NCBI RefSeq assembly: GCF_006345805.1
Contig: NW_021836316.1
Coordinates: 3,515-67,514, forward strand
Direction of reading: 5' to 3'
Length of the DNA stretch: 64,000 nucleotides
Origin: Octopus sinensis
Lineage: Eukaryota
Program-made: the position numbers and the translations under genes
Notes under the pieces: model-generated
What the model saw: only the letters and a program-made list of their open reading frames with translations
Told to the model about the DNA's origin: nothing
Database searches by the model: none
Shown here: positions 13,933 to 28,745 of the stretch, piece by piece
Layout: each line of letters opens with the position of its first letter
Numbering within the stretch: the stretch's first letter is position 1

Positions 13933-14150
13933 TTAGTGGTTAGGGTGTCAGCACCATGATCGTCAGATTGTGGTTTCAATTCCTGGACCGGGCGACGCGT
14001 TGTGTTCTTGAGCAAAACACTTCATTTCACGTTGCTCCACTCCACTCAGCTGGCATAAATGAGTGCCGCTGCGATGGACTGGCATCCCGGCCAACTGGGG
14101 AACACATATGCCATAGAAACCGGGAAACCGGGCCTATGAGCTTGGCATCT
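13933..14150 (+). mobile_element. SINE family D-related copy, diverged 3' end
   Basis: tRNA head plus TTGAGCAAAACACTTCATTTCACGTTGCTCCA. Confidence 0.75.
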
Positions 14151-14179
14151 ATTTATTACTATATTTGGATATCAGTGTA

Positions 14180-14400
14180 GTTTTTCCATGATTTCTTTTC
14201 CCCCTTGCCTAATTGAAAGTGAAGAATTTGACTCGGGAGTTTGCAGCTGTCCATTCCGTGTACGTACCCCAACCAAATCAAACATATGGACACTCAAACG
14301 TAAATACATCACATTCTTTCTACTTGGGCACTGACCACACACCATGACTGGTCTTCGAAGCGAACAACACATACTTGGCATAAACGCCATTCCCTGTAAC
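14180..14400 (-). mobile_element. RTE-clade LINE C-terminal fragment
   Basis: Minus frame LIWLGYVHGMDSCKLPSQILHFQLGKG, resembling the RTE motif RLRWLGHV.RM...R.P..IL..EL..G. Confidence 0.6.
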
Positions 14401-14687
14401 CTATGCCGTTACACTTATTTTATGATGCCAATGTATTGCACTACAAAATAAGAATCAAATCGTTCGTGTCAAATAACCATGGGTCACTCACGGCATTCAG
14501 GGTGCGGCACAATTGCCATTGGTTTCCCTGCGCTGTATTAACAAGATGCTATCTCACACAACTGCTCGAGTTTCTCTTAAGTGGCTCTTCCATGGTACAG
14601 AGAACCCAACTATATGCCTTTCAAGAGGCATAAAGGGGTCACTTATTTCGTTATATGCATCATTTTGCATTTTCCCTCCGAGTTGAT

Positions 14688-15066
14688 GGCATTCCTTCGA
14701 TTTGACTCGACGAGACCAAAAACAAAACCTCGGTTGTTTCCGTGACAACTCGACAATTCACTTCGGATATCTTCGTGACATCCGTGACAGCTGCTAAAAT
14801 GGGAGGAGGAGAAGAAAGCTAAATGGTTGTGTGCGTGTGTGTGTGTGCTTGTTTTTGTCTTTGTGTGTGTGCGTGCTTGTTCTTGTCTCTGTGTATGTGT
14901 GTAAGAACAAGCACGCACGCACACACAACATATTAGCTTTCTTTTTCTCCTCCCATTTTAGCAGCTGTCACGGAGGTCACGAAGATATCCGAAGGGAATT
15001 GTCAAGTTGTCACGGAAACAACCGAGGTTTTGTTTTGGTCTCGTCGAGTCAAATCGAAGGAATGCC
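14688..15066. mobile_element. Foldback MITE-like element with ~160-bp arms and 8-bp TSD
   Basis: Starts GGCATTCCTTCGATTTGACTCGACGAGACC and ends with its reverse complement. TSD GAGTTGAT at 14680-14687 and 15067-15074. Confidence 0.9.
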
Positions 15067-15603
15067 GAGTTGATAAAGTGTTTCTAGATATAACTTTACT
15101 GTGCCTCTCGTAGGAATAACATCATATTTTAAAATACAACGGACATATAGTTTTGGCACAAATTCCATCGTTTGCATAACCTTCGCTCAACGATGTTTCT
15201 TCTGTGAAATCTGTTTTTAGTATTATTTGTGCCGCCTAGCGAGTTCCCCAAATTCTTATTTCATCAATAATTTGCCGTTTTTGAAATCTTGCTGCAAAGC
15301 ACGCTCGTTTGTTATATTGCTCCTTCTCATTTAAAACAGAATTCCTTTTTTAATTTTCAAAGGGGATTGCTTTGTTCACTTGACGTCATTACGAATCACG
15401 TAAAACCAATATGGATTTCAAAATATTCGTTAATTTGTTTTCACGAAAATAAATGAAAATTAATTTGCTTCGTTAAATGGCGTTACGAGAGATAATCAAG
15501 CACAAAACAGCATCTGATTTCTGGCATAAAACCAACTTGGAAAACATAGTTATCCGGAAGGCAACGCAAAGAATTTTAAAAATCAAAAATTTGAATTCCA
15601 ATC

Positions 15604-16311
<708 letters not shown>

Positions 16312-17718
16312 TGCTATAAGTGTGATGAATGAGCGAAATAGCAACGAGAAAAATGATGATAATATTATTAGTTGAATCTTCGTGAATGGCAAACTAAGAG
16401 TTTTACTTTATCGTTTATTCCGAGTATTGAATTCAAGAAGTTGTCTGATAAAGAAAAAAAAAATTAACAAAAGTATGTGCAAACACCTCGAAACATGATT
16501 TATCACCGATACTTAAGTGGCTACCGAAAGTCTGTTAGACATATGCTGTACATTCTGCTAATCAACTGTCATGCTTTATAATAACCTATTCGCATGCAGA
16601 ACCACATAAATTTTCCGTGAGGTCAGTATAATATTTATAAGCAATGAAGGCGACCATTATCAAGTAAATTTTCGTGCTGATATATAAATGAATTTTTTAA
16701 TCATACGACAAGACTATGAGAATTCTATTGTTTGGGAAATGTATCAATTCTGCTTGCTGGTGATTAAAGATTCCTCAAGAATCAGCCATAAAAGTGTCTG
16801 CAAGTGTTCACTAAACTGTTCTTTTGTTCAAAATTTAAAAGAGACCGTAAGATTTTCTTGACTTCTCATGTAACGTGGTCCGTGTTAAAATATTTGATTT
16901 TACAACCCTTAATATTATAGCCCTTAAACCTCCACATATATTTCGATAGGGTATTAGTGAAACGCCTTTCATCTTTTATGAATGCATACATGAATTGTAA
17001 GAATCTTATTGTTAAGGTATTTACCGATATGCCCATTAGCTATTTGTGTCAATGTTACTTGCAAGAGACACAAAGCTCGATAAGCTATTGCTAATATTCC
17101 GCTTTGAGGAGAAAATATAAGTTTGATGCAATTGTCTAAACGGAGAGAGATTTGCGGTTACCATATGAAAATATTGTTTCAGCTTTTACTTCTGTTGTAT
17201 GCTAACAGCGAAAATTTTGCTGCACAAGTAATACTTCTTAACACTACGTCTATTAACGACCTCATGATGTCTGCAGTGTAAGGAGAAATATTATAGTTCT
17301 ATGAAATCCTGACAATTAAAACGGACATTTTAAAGAATTCAAACATGTGTTAGTTCATTTCCAAATTTATGGTTGTGAATATTAATGATACTCTAAGTTT
17401 AGAGGAGAGACACTGCGCTAAACTATTTCATGGTCTCTGAGACTCAAAGTAAGGTAGGGTAAGAACAAAGAATATATCATAAAACAGCTGATCTGGCTTC
17501 AGTGCTTGAAGTAGTACCATCAAAAGCATTCAAGGCCGAGAGGATGATATTAAATCTAGCGATAGATTAAAGTTTACGATTTATTTTATCTTTGAGGTGA
17601 TAATTTTAGCATATCATTAAAGCTGTGAAAACATCTAAAATGACTTTGGAATATGAACTGGATACATCCTAACTGAAGTGTTTTGGAAATGTTTGCAATT
17701 ATCGGGGATGTTTGCTCA

Positions 17719-18216
17719 TCTATATATATAAAACTGTAGTTGTGTGAGTGTCTGTCCCCTTCGATTTAGATTCCTAACTACTCCCACATTTTGCGGTGCA
17801 GTTTAACCAAATTCAGGTATCTTATAGTCGTGATTCATATCGAGCCCGTTTGAGTATTAGCGCGCGTCTACGATTTAAAAAATAATTTAACATCATTTTT
17901 TATTCCATTTTAATGCATAATTTTTCGTGTGTCGATGGCGGCGGAGTTGGCGTCCATGGTCACACCTGCACCTGTTTGCTTCTCCCCCTTCTTTCCTCCT
18001 TCATGAAGCTGTGGGGAAGGGAGTGTAAGGAAACGTCGTAAAGCGTTGTCAAGGAGACCAGCGTTCTTTTAGAACAACGACTTCATGGCTTGAAGACACC
18101 AAAACAGAAATGGCTAAGAAAGCCCGAATTGGCATCTATAAGGGAAGTAACTCTCTAAAAATGCTTATATAGTTATTTCCCTTACAAACCCGAGCAACGC
18201 CGGGCGATACTGCTAG
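17719..18216 (+). mobile_element. Non-autonomous Helitron
   Basis: 5' A|TCTATATATATAAAA, 3' hairpin CCCG(AGCAACGC)CGGG followed by CTAG|T, inserted at an AT site. Confidence 0.85.
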
Positions 18217-18629
18217 TCATATATAAATATGCATAAATTCCTCGTTAGGTTTATATAAGCGCAGTATATACCATTATTAAGAACTAAAATTATGTCCAAA
18301 AATTTAATTGCGCCTAGAGCCTTCTGAACTGTGATATTCAAAGCTAACTCGGTAAGCTTGTTTTTGGAACTATTCTTCACAAATCTTATTATGCAATTCT
18401 TTATACATATTGCCAATCACCACTGTAATGCCATTCTTTATGAAGCGGTATCTTTCAAGAATTAAATGTAAAAGGTGTCATACAATCAATTTACTATCTT
18501 AGGAATATATTCAAGACTCCGAAACCACTCCGTTTAACTAAAGTGAAAACAAACGTATTAAATATCAAATGTTTCCTAGTGTGCCAAATGATAAGGTCAG
18601 AAATAATGGTTTAAAATTTTGCCTCAAGG

Positions 18630-19190
18630 GCAGCAATTCTGAAGAAGGGGATGAGTCGATTACATCAACCCTAGCGTTCAACTTGTACTAATTTTATCGA
18701 TTTCGAAAGGATGAAAGGCAAAGTTGATCTTGGCGTACTTTGAACTCAAAACACGAAGACAGACGAAATACCTATTTCTTTACTACCCACAAAGGGCTAA
18801 ACACAGAGAAGACAAACAATGACAGATAAACGGATTAAGTCAATTACATCGACCTCATGGCGTAACTGGTACTTAAATTATCGACCCCGAAAGGATGAAA
18901 GGCAAAGTTGATCACGGCGTACTTTGAACTCAAAACGTGAAGACAGACGAAATACCTATTTCTTTATTACCCACAAGGGGCTACACATAGAGGAGACAAA
19001 CAAGGATAGACATAGGTATTAAGTCGATTACATCGACCCGAGAGCGTAACTAACTGGTACTTAATTTATCGACCCTGAAAGGATGAAAGGCAAAGTCGAC
19101 CTCGGCGGAATTTGAACTCGGAACGTAACGGCAGACAAAATACCGTTAAGCATTTTGCCTGATATGATAACGATTCTGTCAGCCCACCCT
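18630..19190 (-). mobile_element. SINE family A multimer (about 3 units in tandem)
   Basis: Repeated ~180-bp body, with junctions GAAATAG|GTATTTCGTC on the minus strand near 18772 and 18955. Confidence 0.85.
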
Positions 19191-19218
19191 CTTCAGGTGA
19201 GTAATAATGAGACAGAGT

Positions 19219-19602
19219 GGAGGCGCAATGGCCCAGTGGTTAGGGCAGCGGACTCGCGGTCATAGGATCGCGGTTTCGATTCCCAGACCGGGCGTTGTGA
19301 GTGTTTATTGAGCGAAAACACCTAAAGCTCCACGAGGCTCCGGCAGGGGATGGTGGTGATTCCTGCTGTACTCTTCCACCACAACTTTCTCTCACTCTTA
19401 ATTCCTGTTTCTGTTGTACCTGTATTTCAAAGGGCCGGCCTTGTCACTCTCTGTGTCACGCTGAATATCCCCGAGAACTACGTTAAGGGTGCACGTGTCT
19501 GTGGAGTGCTCAGCCACTTACACGTTAATTTCACGAGCAGGCTGTTCCGTTGATTCGGATCAACCGGAACCCTCGTCGTCGTAACCGACGGAGTGCTTCC
19601 AC
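19219..19602 (+). mobile_element. SINE family B, full length
   Basis: GGAGGCGCAATGGCCCAGTGG head. TSD AATAATGAGACAGA (19203-19216 / 19603-19616). Confidence 0.95.
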
Positions 19603-19750
19603 AATAATGAGACAGAATCACTAATGGCAAATCATTTCTACCAGATTTTAAACATATTTGAAGAATTAATTAGGGACAAACGGATAGAACACTACATTAT
19701 CAAACATCACAGATGTTCTTAACATCCGCGTTACTGAATTACCTGATAAC

Positions 19751-20150
19751 TACTTTACTCTTTTACTTGTTTCAGTCATTTGACTGCGGCCATGCTGGAG
19801 CACCGCCTATAATCGTGCTACTCGGCCCCGGGACTTATTCTTTTGTAAGCCCAGTACTTATTCTATCGGTTCTTTTTTGCCGAACCGCTAAGTAACGGGG
19901 ACATAAACACACCAGCATCGGTTATCAAGCAATGCTAGGGGGACAAATACAGACACACAAACACACACATGCATATATATATATACAAATATACGACGGG
20001 CTTCTTTTCAGTTTCCGTCTACCAAATCCACTCACAAGACTTTGATCGACTCGAGGCTATAGTAGAAGACACTCGCCCAAGGTGCCACGCAGTGGGACTG
20101 AACCCGGAACCATGTTGTTGGTAAACAAGCTACATACCACACAGCCACTC
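19751..20150 (-). mobile_element. SINE family C (tRNA head, CORE-like ACCTTGGGCAAGTG, internal CA/TA tract, (AAGAGTA)n tail)
   Basis: Homologous to copies at 24713, 34350 and 37480. Confidence 0.9.
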
Positions 20151-20877
20151 ACAATAATCTAATGTAAAATTATTTTATTGAATGTGACTTCCCCGTTTGA
20201 AATTTACATTTGCGACTGGTATGAAGACCTCGCTTCTTACGTTTAAAATGTAATGTTCAATTTACACCATATTATATTTTTAGTATGATTGCTATTTTTT
20301 GTTTCTAAAGTTAGAGCACAGAGAGTGCCTGTGTTAGATATAAAAATATTAAGCATAAAGTGAGGAATTTGTGTCTTTTTGTATACGAAGTAGAGACATT
20401 GGAAGTCATTCATCTGCTCACCATCAAGCAGTTTTCTTCTCTACCCACCGTTTCAGTTCGACATTTGATGACTTCATGTTATGGATACTGTTAAGTTGTT
20501 TTTGTAGAAAATATCAGGAAATTTATTAAAAATATAGTACTAAAAAAATTGAGAGGCAGAGATAGAGAGTGGTGAAAGTGCGTTTATAAATTCGAATGCA
20601 TAAAATACAAGGGTATGTATAATGAATTATCAACCGAAGCTACTTAAAATGAAACACTGGTTATCAAGCTACCAATTATTCGGAACCTACATACCTAACT
20701 ATTTGTGTATGTGTCAATCTGTCTGTCTGTCTTACTCTACCTCGCTGTATATATGTTTATATGTATATATATATATATATATGTGTGTGTAGAAGGTTCA
20801 AAAGGAACACACGAGTTGATATATATGGAAAAAAGTCAAGGTAGAAAATGCTAAAGTAATTTTATAAAAAAGCATTT

Positions 20878-20913
20878 CAGTACCGGTTTCAGTCAATGAG
20901 ACTTTTTCAACTG
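20878..20913 (-). ncRNA. Minimal type I hammerhead motif with U3:A8 compensatory core
   Basis: Minus strand CAG-TTGAAAA-AGTC(TCATT)GACT-GAAA-CCGG-TA-CTG: stem I, stem II and palindromic loop III CCGG. Confidence 0.65.
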
Positions 20914-20949
20914 TAAGTATGGAAAACAATTAAATTTTGGAAAAATTAG

Positions 20950-23625
20950 GTGACAAACCGCCAACGTGTTGTTGAAAGGGCAGCTGCTGAACAAGAATCT
21001 TTTTTGTGCATGGCACAAAAGATTGTACAGCAGCTAAACTGGCTCCATCAAACTTAAGCTCGCAGATGGGACTATCCACAGTTCACAAGACCACCACAGC
21101 AAATAGACCCAAGGTGGACACCACCGGCAACAGCATACACCTCACCTCGATGCTCCTACTGAACATCAGAGGACTACTAACACACAGTAACAGGACAAAA
21201 ATCCCGTTCTTGAGAGACTTTGTTGCATGAAATCAAGCCTTATGCATAGCACTTACGGAAACCCACCTGAAACCGGACATAGCGGATGCAGAATTACACA
21301 TACCACAGTATGTTGTACTACGGACCGACAGAAAAGAAAGGAGTCATGGAGGCGTTGCTATGTACATCCGTGAGGACCTCACACCCCAGGTCCTTTTGTC
21401 ATACTCAAACTCGGTGTGTGACACACTAATTGTACATGTAAAGCAACTTGGTGTAGTTGTGTGTGCTACATATCGCCCTCCAGATGCCCCAAGCCATATG
21501 GGCAAGTTTGAAGACTGCCTTATAAAGATAGAAGTTCTAGTCACACTAGAACAACACATAAGTGTACTTCTCATGGGAGACTTCAATCTACCCAACGTCA
21601 GATGGCCCGAGGGCCTTTCTCTCCCAGGAATGACACGATGTGAAAGAGGACAGGCGAGGTCCCTTCTGAACCTCATCAACACCCTGTACATGGAGCAAGT
21701 AATACTCCAACCAACCAGGGCAGGTAACACACTGGATCTCTGCTTCACAAATAATATGGATCTCATCCATAATGTGAAAGTGACACCGACACTACTCTCG
21801 GATCACAACATGGTAGAGCTGACCATGTACGAGCCAAAGGAAAGCATGGACATGCAGCCTACAAGAAACTCTCAGAATCTTTCCAGCTTGAACTTCAATA
21901 AGGCAAACTGGAAACAAATTGAGAAAGAGATCTTCAAACAAAACTGGCCTGAATGTCTCTCTTCGCCAGATTTCGACATGAAACAACTTCAACAATTCAT
22001 GTCTGTAATGCAAGCCATATGCTACAAATGTGTCCCAGAGAGAAAGGCCACTGTACACAAGAACAAAATCCCCAGAGAGAGGAAAATTCTAATGAGACGG
22101 CGTACAAAAATCTCATATCGCCTAAACAAACAAATTGAAAGCAGTGAAAAGTCCCGCCTGAAAATGAAACTGTTGGAATTGAAAAATGTCTGCAACTCTC
22201 CCATGAAAAGGAAAGAGCAGACAAAGAAGCCTGGGCTATAGACAACATAAAATCTAACCCCAGAGCTTTCTACAGGTATGCCAAAGAAACAGCTACGGTG
22301 CACTGTAGAATAGAGCCACTCCTTGAAAGGGATGGCACACTCACAGGAAATCCAATGAGGGTAAGTGAAATACTAAATGAGCAATTCAAGAGTGTTTTCA
22401 CCCCACCCCCTGGGCATTTCCAAATCAGCAATCCAACTGACTTCTTCACCACTGCAGATATGGGGTCAGAGGCGGCGATGATTGATTACATCAATATAAA
22501 GGAAGACGATGTAATAAAGGCTATAGATGAGATGAAAACTCAGCTACTGGCCCCGATGGATTCCCGGCAATCCTTCTAAAAGTATGTAAGAGAGTCCTAG
22601 CAAGACCACTGCAGTCTCTCTTTCAGAGCTTCCTTGCAACTGGCAAACTTCCAAGAAAACTGAAGGAAGGTAAAATATGCCATATTCATAAAGGAGGTAG
22701 CAGAGCGGAGGCCAAGAACTACAGACCTATCTCTCTGACCTCACACATCAGCAAGGTCATGGAACGAATAGTCAGAAGGAAACTAATCACCTTCCTTGAA
22801 GAAAATGACTTGCTGCCTGACACCCAACATGGTTTCCGACCAGGAAGAAGCTGCTTAACTCAGCTCCTACAACACTATGACTGGGTGCTGAAACGACTGC
22901 TCAACCACTGAAATGTGGAAGTCATATATCTCGACTTTGCAAAGGCCTTTGATAAAGTCGATCATGGAATGATATGTCACAAACTGCGTGATCTTGACAT
23001 AGTTGGAAAATTGGGAGAATGGCTTCATGACTTTCTGAAGAATAGAAGTCAGGTGGTAGTAGCCAATGGGGCCACTTCCATTAACACGCAAATAGTGAGC
23101 GGTGTTCCGCAGGGCACTGTTTTGGGACCACTACTGTTCATAATGGCCCTCTCAGACATGCCCTCAGCCACGCAGAGAGCCACGATCACAAGTTATGCAG
23201 ATGATACAAAAGTTTCACAGGCAATACAGAACCCTGAAGACACTAAGCACCTGCAATGTGAGCTGGACAAAATATACAAGTGGGCTGAAAAGAATAGCAT
23301 GCACTTCAATGCTGAAAAGTTTCAAGCTTTATACTATCAGCATGCAAAACTGAATGCAATACCCAATGAATACACTGGACCCGGAGGGATTGCAATCCCA
23401 GAGACACAATCAGTGCGTGACCTGGGTATTCACATGAGTGATGACGCGACCTTTCATGTACATGTTGCGAAACTGGCAATGAAATGTAGACGGCTGGCCG
23501 GATGGATTCTTAGAACCTTTAGAACAAGAGAACAAGAAACCATGATGGTCCTCTGGAAGACACTTGTCCTAAGTCACTTTGACTATTGCTCTCAGCTATG
23601 GTCACCATCCAGTGTCACAAATCCC
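20950..23625 (+). mobile_element. Decayed CR1-clade (CR1/L2-like) LINE ORF2: APE endonuclease + reverse transcriptase; 3' end missing
   Basis: APE motifs LNIRGL, LTETHL, MGDFNLP, LDLCFTN, SDHNMV. RT motifs QHGFRPGRSC, YLDFAKAFDKVDH, GVPQGTVLGPLL, YADDTK. Stops at 21228 and 22909, frameshifts near 22180 and 22545. Confidence 0.92.
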
Positions 23626-23818
23626 ACAGCTAGTTTTTAATTGGCTTCGGTTTTTAATTAATATACATATCCTTGTATTTTATGCATTCCAGTTGTATAA
23701 CCTGAAAATATCCGGATATTTTCTGCAAAAACAACTTAAAAGTATTCATAAAACGAAATCATTAAATGTCGAACAGAAAATACCGTAGTTCTAATAAAAT
23801 GGTGGGAAGAAAAGAAAA

Positions 23819-24165
23819 GGCGGCGAGCTGATAGAAACGTTAGCACGCCGGGTGAAATGCTTAGCGGTATTTCGTGTGCCGCTACGTTCTGAGTTCAAAT
23901 TTCGCCGAGGTCGACTTTGCCTTTCATTCTTTAGGGGTCGATTAAATAAGTACCAGTTAGGCACTGGGGTCGATATAATCGACTTAATCCGTCTGTCTGT
24001 CCTTGTCTGTCCTCTGTGTGTTTAGCCCCTTGTGGGTAGTACAGAAATAGGTATTTCGTCTGTCTTTACATTCTGAGTTGAAATTCCGCCGAAGTCGACT
24101 TTGCCTTTCAGGGTCGATAAATTAAGTACCAGTTGCGTCGATCTAATAGACTGGCACCCTCCCCA
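23819..24165 (+). mobile_element. SINE family A dimer; second unit has an alternative tail
   Basis: Head GGCGGCGAGCTG, junction GAAATAG|GTATTTCGTC at ~24050, tail CCCCAAAAATTTCTGGCCTTGTGCCTAGA. Confidence 0.85.
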
Positions 24166-24712
24166 AAAATTTCTGGCCTTGTGCCTAGAGTAGAAAAAAA
24201 TTCTTATTTAATCAATTTCAGAAGAATCCGAAAGGAAATTCTATCACTCTAAGATCTGAACTCAGAGAAACGATGGTTAAGTAATGTAAGAAATGAGGCT
24301 TAATTAATGTACCAGTTACGCAATGGGGTCGATGTAATCGACTTAATCCCTTTGTCTGTCCTTGTTTGTCCCCTCTATGTTTAGCCACTTGTGAGCAGAG
24401 GAATAACTTCCAATGTATCAACGTCGTATTCAGAAAGGCACAAGTTTCTCACTTTATGCTTCTCCTATATCCACCATTAATTTTACAACTAGTGCTCAAT
24501 CTGTAATACTAATTCTACTAATGATATCGAAAGAGATACTAGAACTAGAATCTCTAACGTCGCAGCTTCTACTACCACCAAAACCATCCGACATACCTAC
24601 AACTATGACCGACTGCTTAATATCAGCATTGCCAGTAAGGAACAATAGAACAACTGGTGCTACAAAAGCTACTACTACTCCTACTATTACGACCAACAAC
24701 CATCTGAAGTAG

Positions 24713-25129
24713 ACTCTTTTACTCTTTTACTTGTTTCAGTCATTTTGACTGCGGCCATGCTGGAGCACCGCCTTTTAGTCGAGCAAATCGACCCCGGGAC
24801 TTATTCTTTGTAAGCCCAGTACTTATACAATCGGTTTCTTTTGCCGAACCGCTAAGTGACGCGGACGTAAACACACCAGCATCGGTTGTCAAGCAATGCT
24901 AGTGGGACAAACACAGACACACAAACACACACACACACATATTTACATATATATATACATATATACGACAGGCTTCTTTCAGTTTCTGTCTACCAAATCC
25001 ACTCACAAGGCATTGGTCGGCCCGGGGATTTAGCAGAAGACACTTGCACAAGAGGCCACGCAGTGGGACTGAACCCGGAACCATGTGGTTGTTTAGCAAG
25101 CTACTTACCACACAGCCACTCCTGCGCCT
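24713..25129 (-). mobile_element. SINE family C, full length
   Basis: Minus head AGGCGCAGGAGTGGCTGTGTGGTAAGTAGC...GGTTCAGTCCCACTGCG; same body as other C copies. Confidence 0.9.
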
Positions 25130-25355
25130 ACCAAACGTTACTATGTGAATTTTGTACCAAAAAACACATGTAAAAACTCATTCTGTCATGAAGTATCAAT
25201 TAAGTTTAATTCCATGTTTCCCTTTCTTACTGCGTAAACACATTCTTTTTAAAAACTGAAACCAATATCATATTTTAAGAAAAAAATAATATTTTTTTTG
25301 CTTCCTTTTACTGATAATAAAGCTTTCAAACCATTATATATGTATACCTATATAC

Positions 25356-26800
<1,445 letters not shown>

Positions 26801-26880
26801 TGTGTGTATACGTTAATATCAAACAGTGAGGAGTACTCTACAAGATATTGGTAAATAAAAATTGTTTATGTGTGGGTTAA

Positions 26881-27071
26881 CCAGGCTACCATTTGTTTTA
26901 TGTTCAGAGAGGTAGAGCTCTTAATTATCAAGCCTATAGCATGGGACATTCGTGCTCGTCTCCATCTTGGTTTTTCATTAAAGATGGTGACTGACGCCAA
27001 CATGCCACGCTATAGGCTTGATAATTGTGAAGAGATACACCTATCTGTACATGAATCCATTGGTAGCATGG
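26881..27071. mobile_element. piggyBac-type palindromic MITE
   Basis: TTAA|CCAGGCTACC...GGTAGCATGG|TTAA. The whole 191 bp is an imperfect palindrome with a perfect AATTATCAAGCCTATAGC arm. Confidence 0.75.
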
Positions 27072-27164
27072 TTAACCCAAAAATGTATATAAAAATGTAT
27101 ATACGCACACTCAGAAAAACAGATGTAGACATAGTAATACTTGGGCTTGTTTAGGTCTGTATTT

Positions 27165-27305
27165 ACGTTCTGAGTTCAAATTCCGTCGAGGTCGACTTTA
27201 CCTTTCATCCTTTCGGGATCGATAAATTAAATATCAGTTGCGTACTGGGGTCGATCTAAACGACTGTGCCCCTCCCCCAAATTTCGGGCCTTGTGCCTAG
27301 ATTTA
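27165..27305 (+). mobile_element. SINE family A fragment with alternative tail
   Basis: GTTCTGAGTTCAAATTCCGTCGAGGTCGAC...CCCCCAAATTTCGGGCCTTGTGCCTAG. Confidence 0.8.
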
Positions 27306-27572
27306 AAAATAATATTATTAATTATCCTTGACATCTATTTGCATTTTTAGTTTGATTCTCTTTCTTTTAATGTATTAATTGACTTATTTATTTATGTATT
27401 TATTTATTTTTATAGCTTCAAGCAATCTTTTTGTTAAGTTGTTTGTTTTTTTTTATTTTTTCTGCCTTTTAAATCTTGTTTAACATTTTTTTTTGCTTTA
27501 AATACAAATCAATTAATTGTCCGGAAATTCCTTGCATCTTTACAATCAGGAATCCGCAACCTCCACCATCAA

Positions 27573-27609
<37 letters not shown>

Positions 27610-27660
27610 GCCAATGCTACAGCTGCCGCCGCTGCTGCTGCTGCTACTAGTACTACAACA

Positions 27661-27693
<33 letters not shown>

Positions 27694-27756
27694 GCTGCTG
27701 ATGCCGCTGCCAGCGATGCTGCCGCTGTTACTGCTGCTACTGTACTACTGTTGCTG

Positions 27757-27796
<40 letters not shown>

Positions 27797-27869
27797 AACT
27801 ACTACTACTACTACTACTACAACAACAACTACTACTAATATTACTACTATTTCTACTTCTATTACTACA

Positions 27870-27912
<43 letters not shown>
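27573..27912. repeat. (CTA)n/(CTG)n/(TAA)n compound trinucleotide array
   Basis: Direct reading. Confidence 0.9.
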
Positions 27913-27924
27913 TAATAAAAACGG

Positions 27925-28691
27925 CAGTAGCCCAACATGTCGTGTATGTCAACAACAAAATGAAACCATTGATCATGTCTCCAAGTGCAGTCTTCTAGCG
28001 CCTACAGAGTATCACAACAGGCATGATAGAGCTGCCCAATATATTCACTGGGTAATCTGTAAAAACCTGTATTTGCCCCATGAAAAAAACTGGTGGGAAC
28101 ACAAACCGACTCCAGTGCTTGAAAATGACCACATCTCACTCCTCTGGAACATTCTTATTCAAACTGACAGAAAGATAGATGCAAATAAGCCAGACATCAT
28201 ATTGAAAGACTCCAAACAAAGAACATGCCTCCTTATTGATATGACTGTCCCAATCGATATAAACGTATCTGTCAAGACCTACCAAAAACTGAGCAAATAT
28301 AAAGATCTTGAAATAGAAATCAGCGAAGTGTGGAACCTGAAGACTAAAACAATACTTGTTGTCATAGGTGCCCTGGGAATGATAGCAAAAGGGGCTGATC
28401 GCTACCTAACTCAGATACCAGGAAACCCCAAAATGGCAGAAATTCAAAAGATAGTGCTCATGGGAACTGCTCATATCCTACGCAAAATACTTTCTATGTA
28501 ATCTCAAGTTTTAAAACAAACATAATGTTCGTTTTTTTTTTTTACATTCACTAGTACAATACTAAATACAAAACCAAATATATGGCTCACTAGGCATAAC
28601 AAAATCACGAACTTCCAGCTTGTTGTCTCTTGAGGTCTCTGGGTGAGACTTGGAGTCATCTTGTACAAATATAAAGCAAAAGTCAAACATA

Positions 28692-28693
<2 letters not shown>
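27925..28693 (+). mobile_element. 5'-truncated R4/Dong-clade non-LTR retrotransposon (CCHC knuckle + restriction-like endonuclease + 3' UTR) inserted in (TAA)n
   Basis: CRVCQQQNETIDHVSKC knuckle. RLE motifs KPDIILKD, LLIDMTVP, KLSKYKDL, VVIGALG; ORF ends at 28501. (TAA)n on both sides (27870-27912, 28694-28744). Confidence 0.9.

Positions 28694-28745
<52 letters not shown>

Noticed and set aside
17165-17227. Signal-peptide-like MKILFQLLLLLYANSENFAAQ followed by GT
   Set aside because: Weak donor (GTAATA), no linked exon, and easily produced by chance in AT-rich DNA
24413-24712. 99-aa Thr-rich ORF
   Set aside because: It looks like a decayed (CTA/ACT)n low-complexity tract between SINEs, with no splice or domain support
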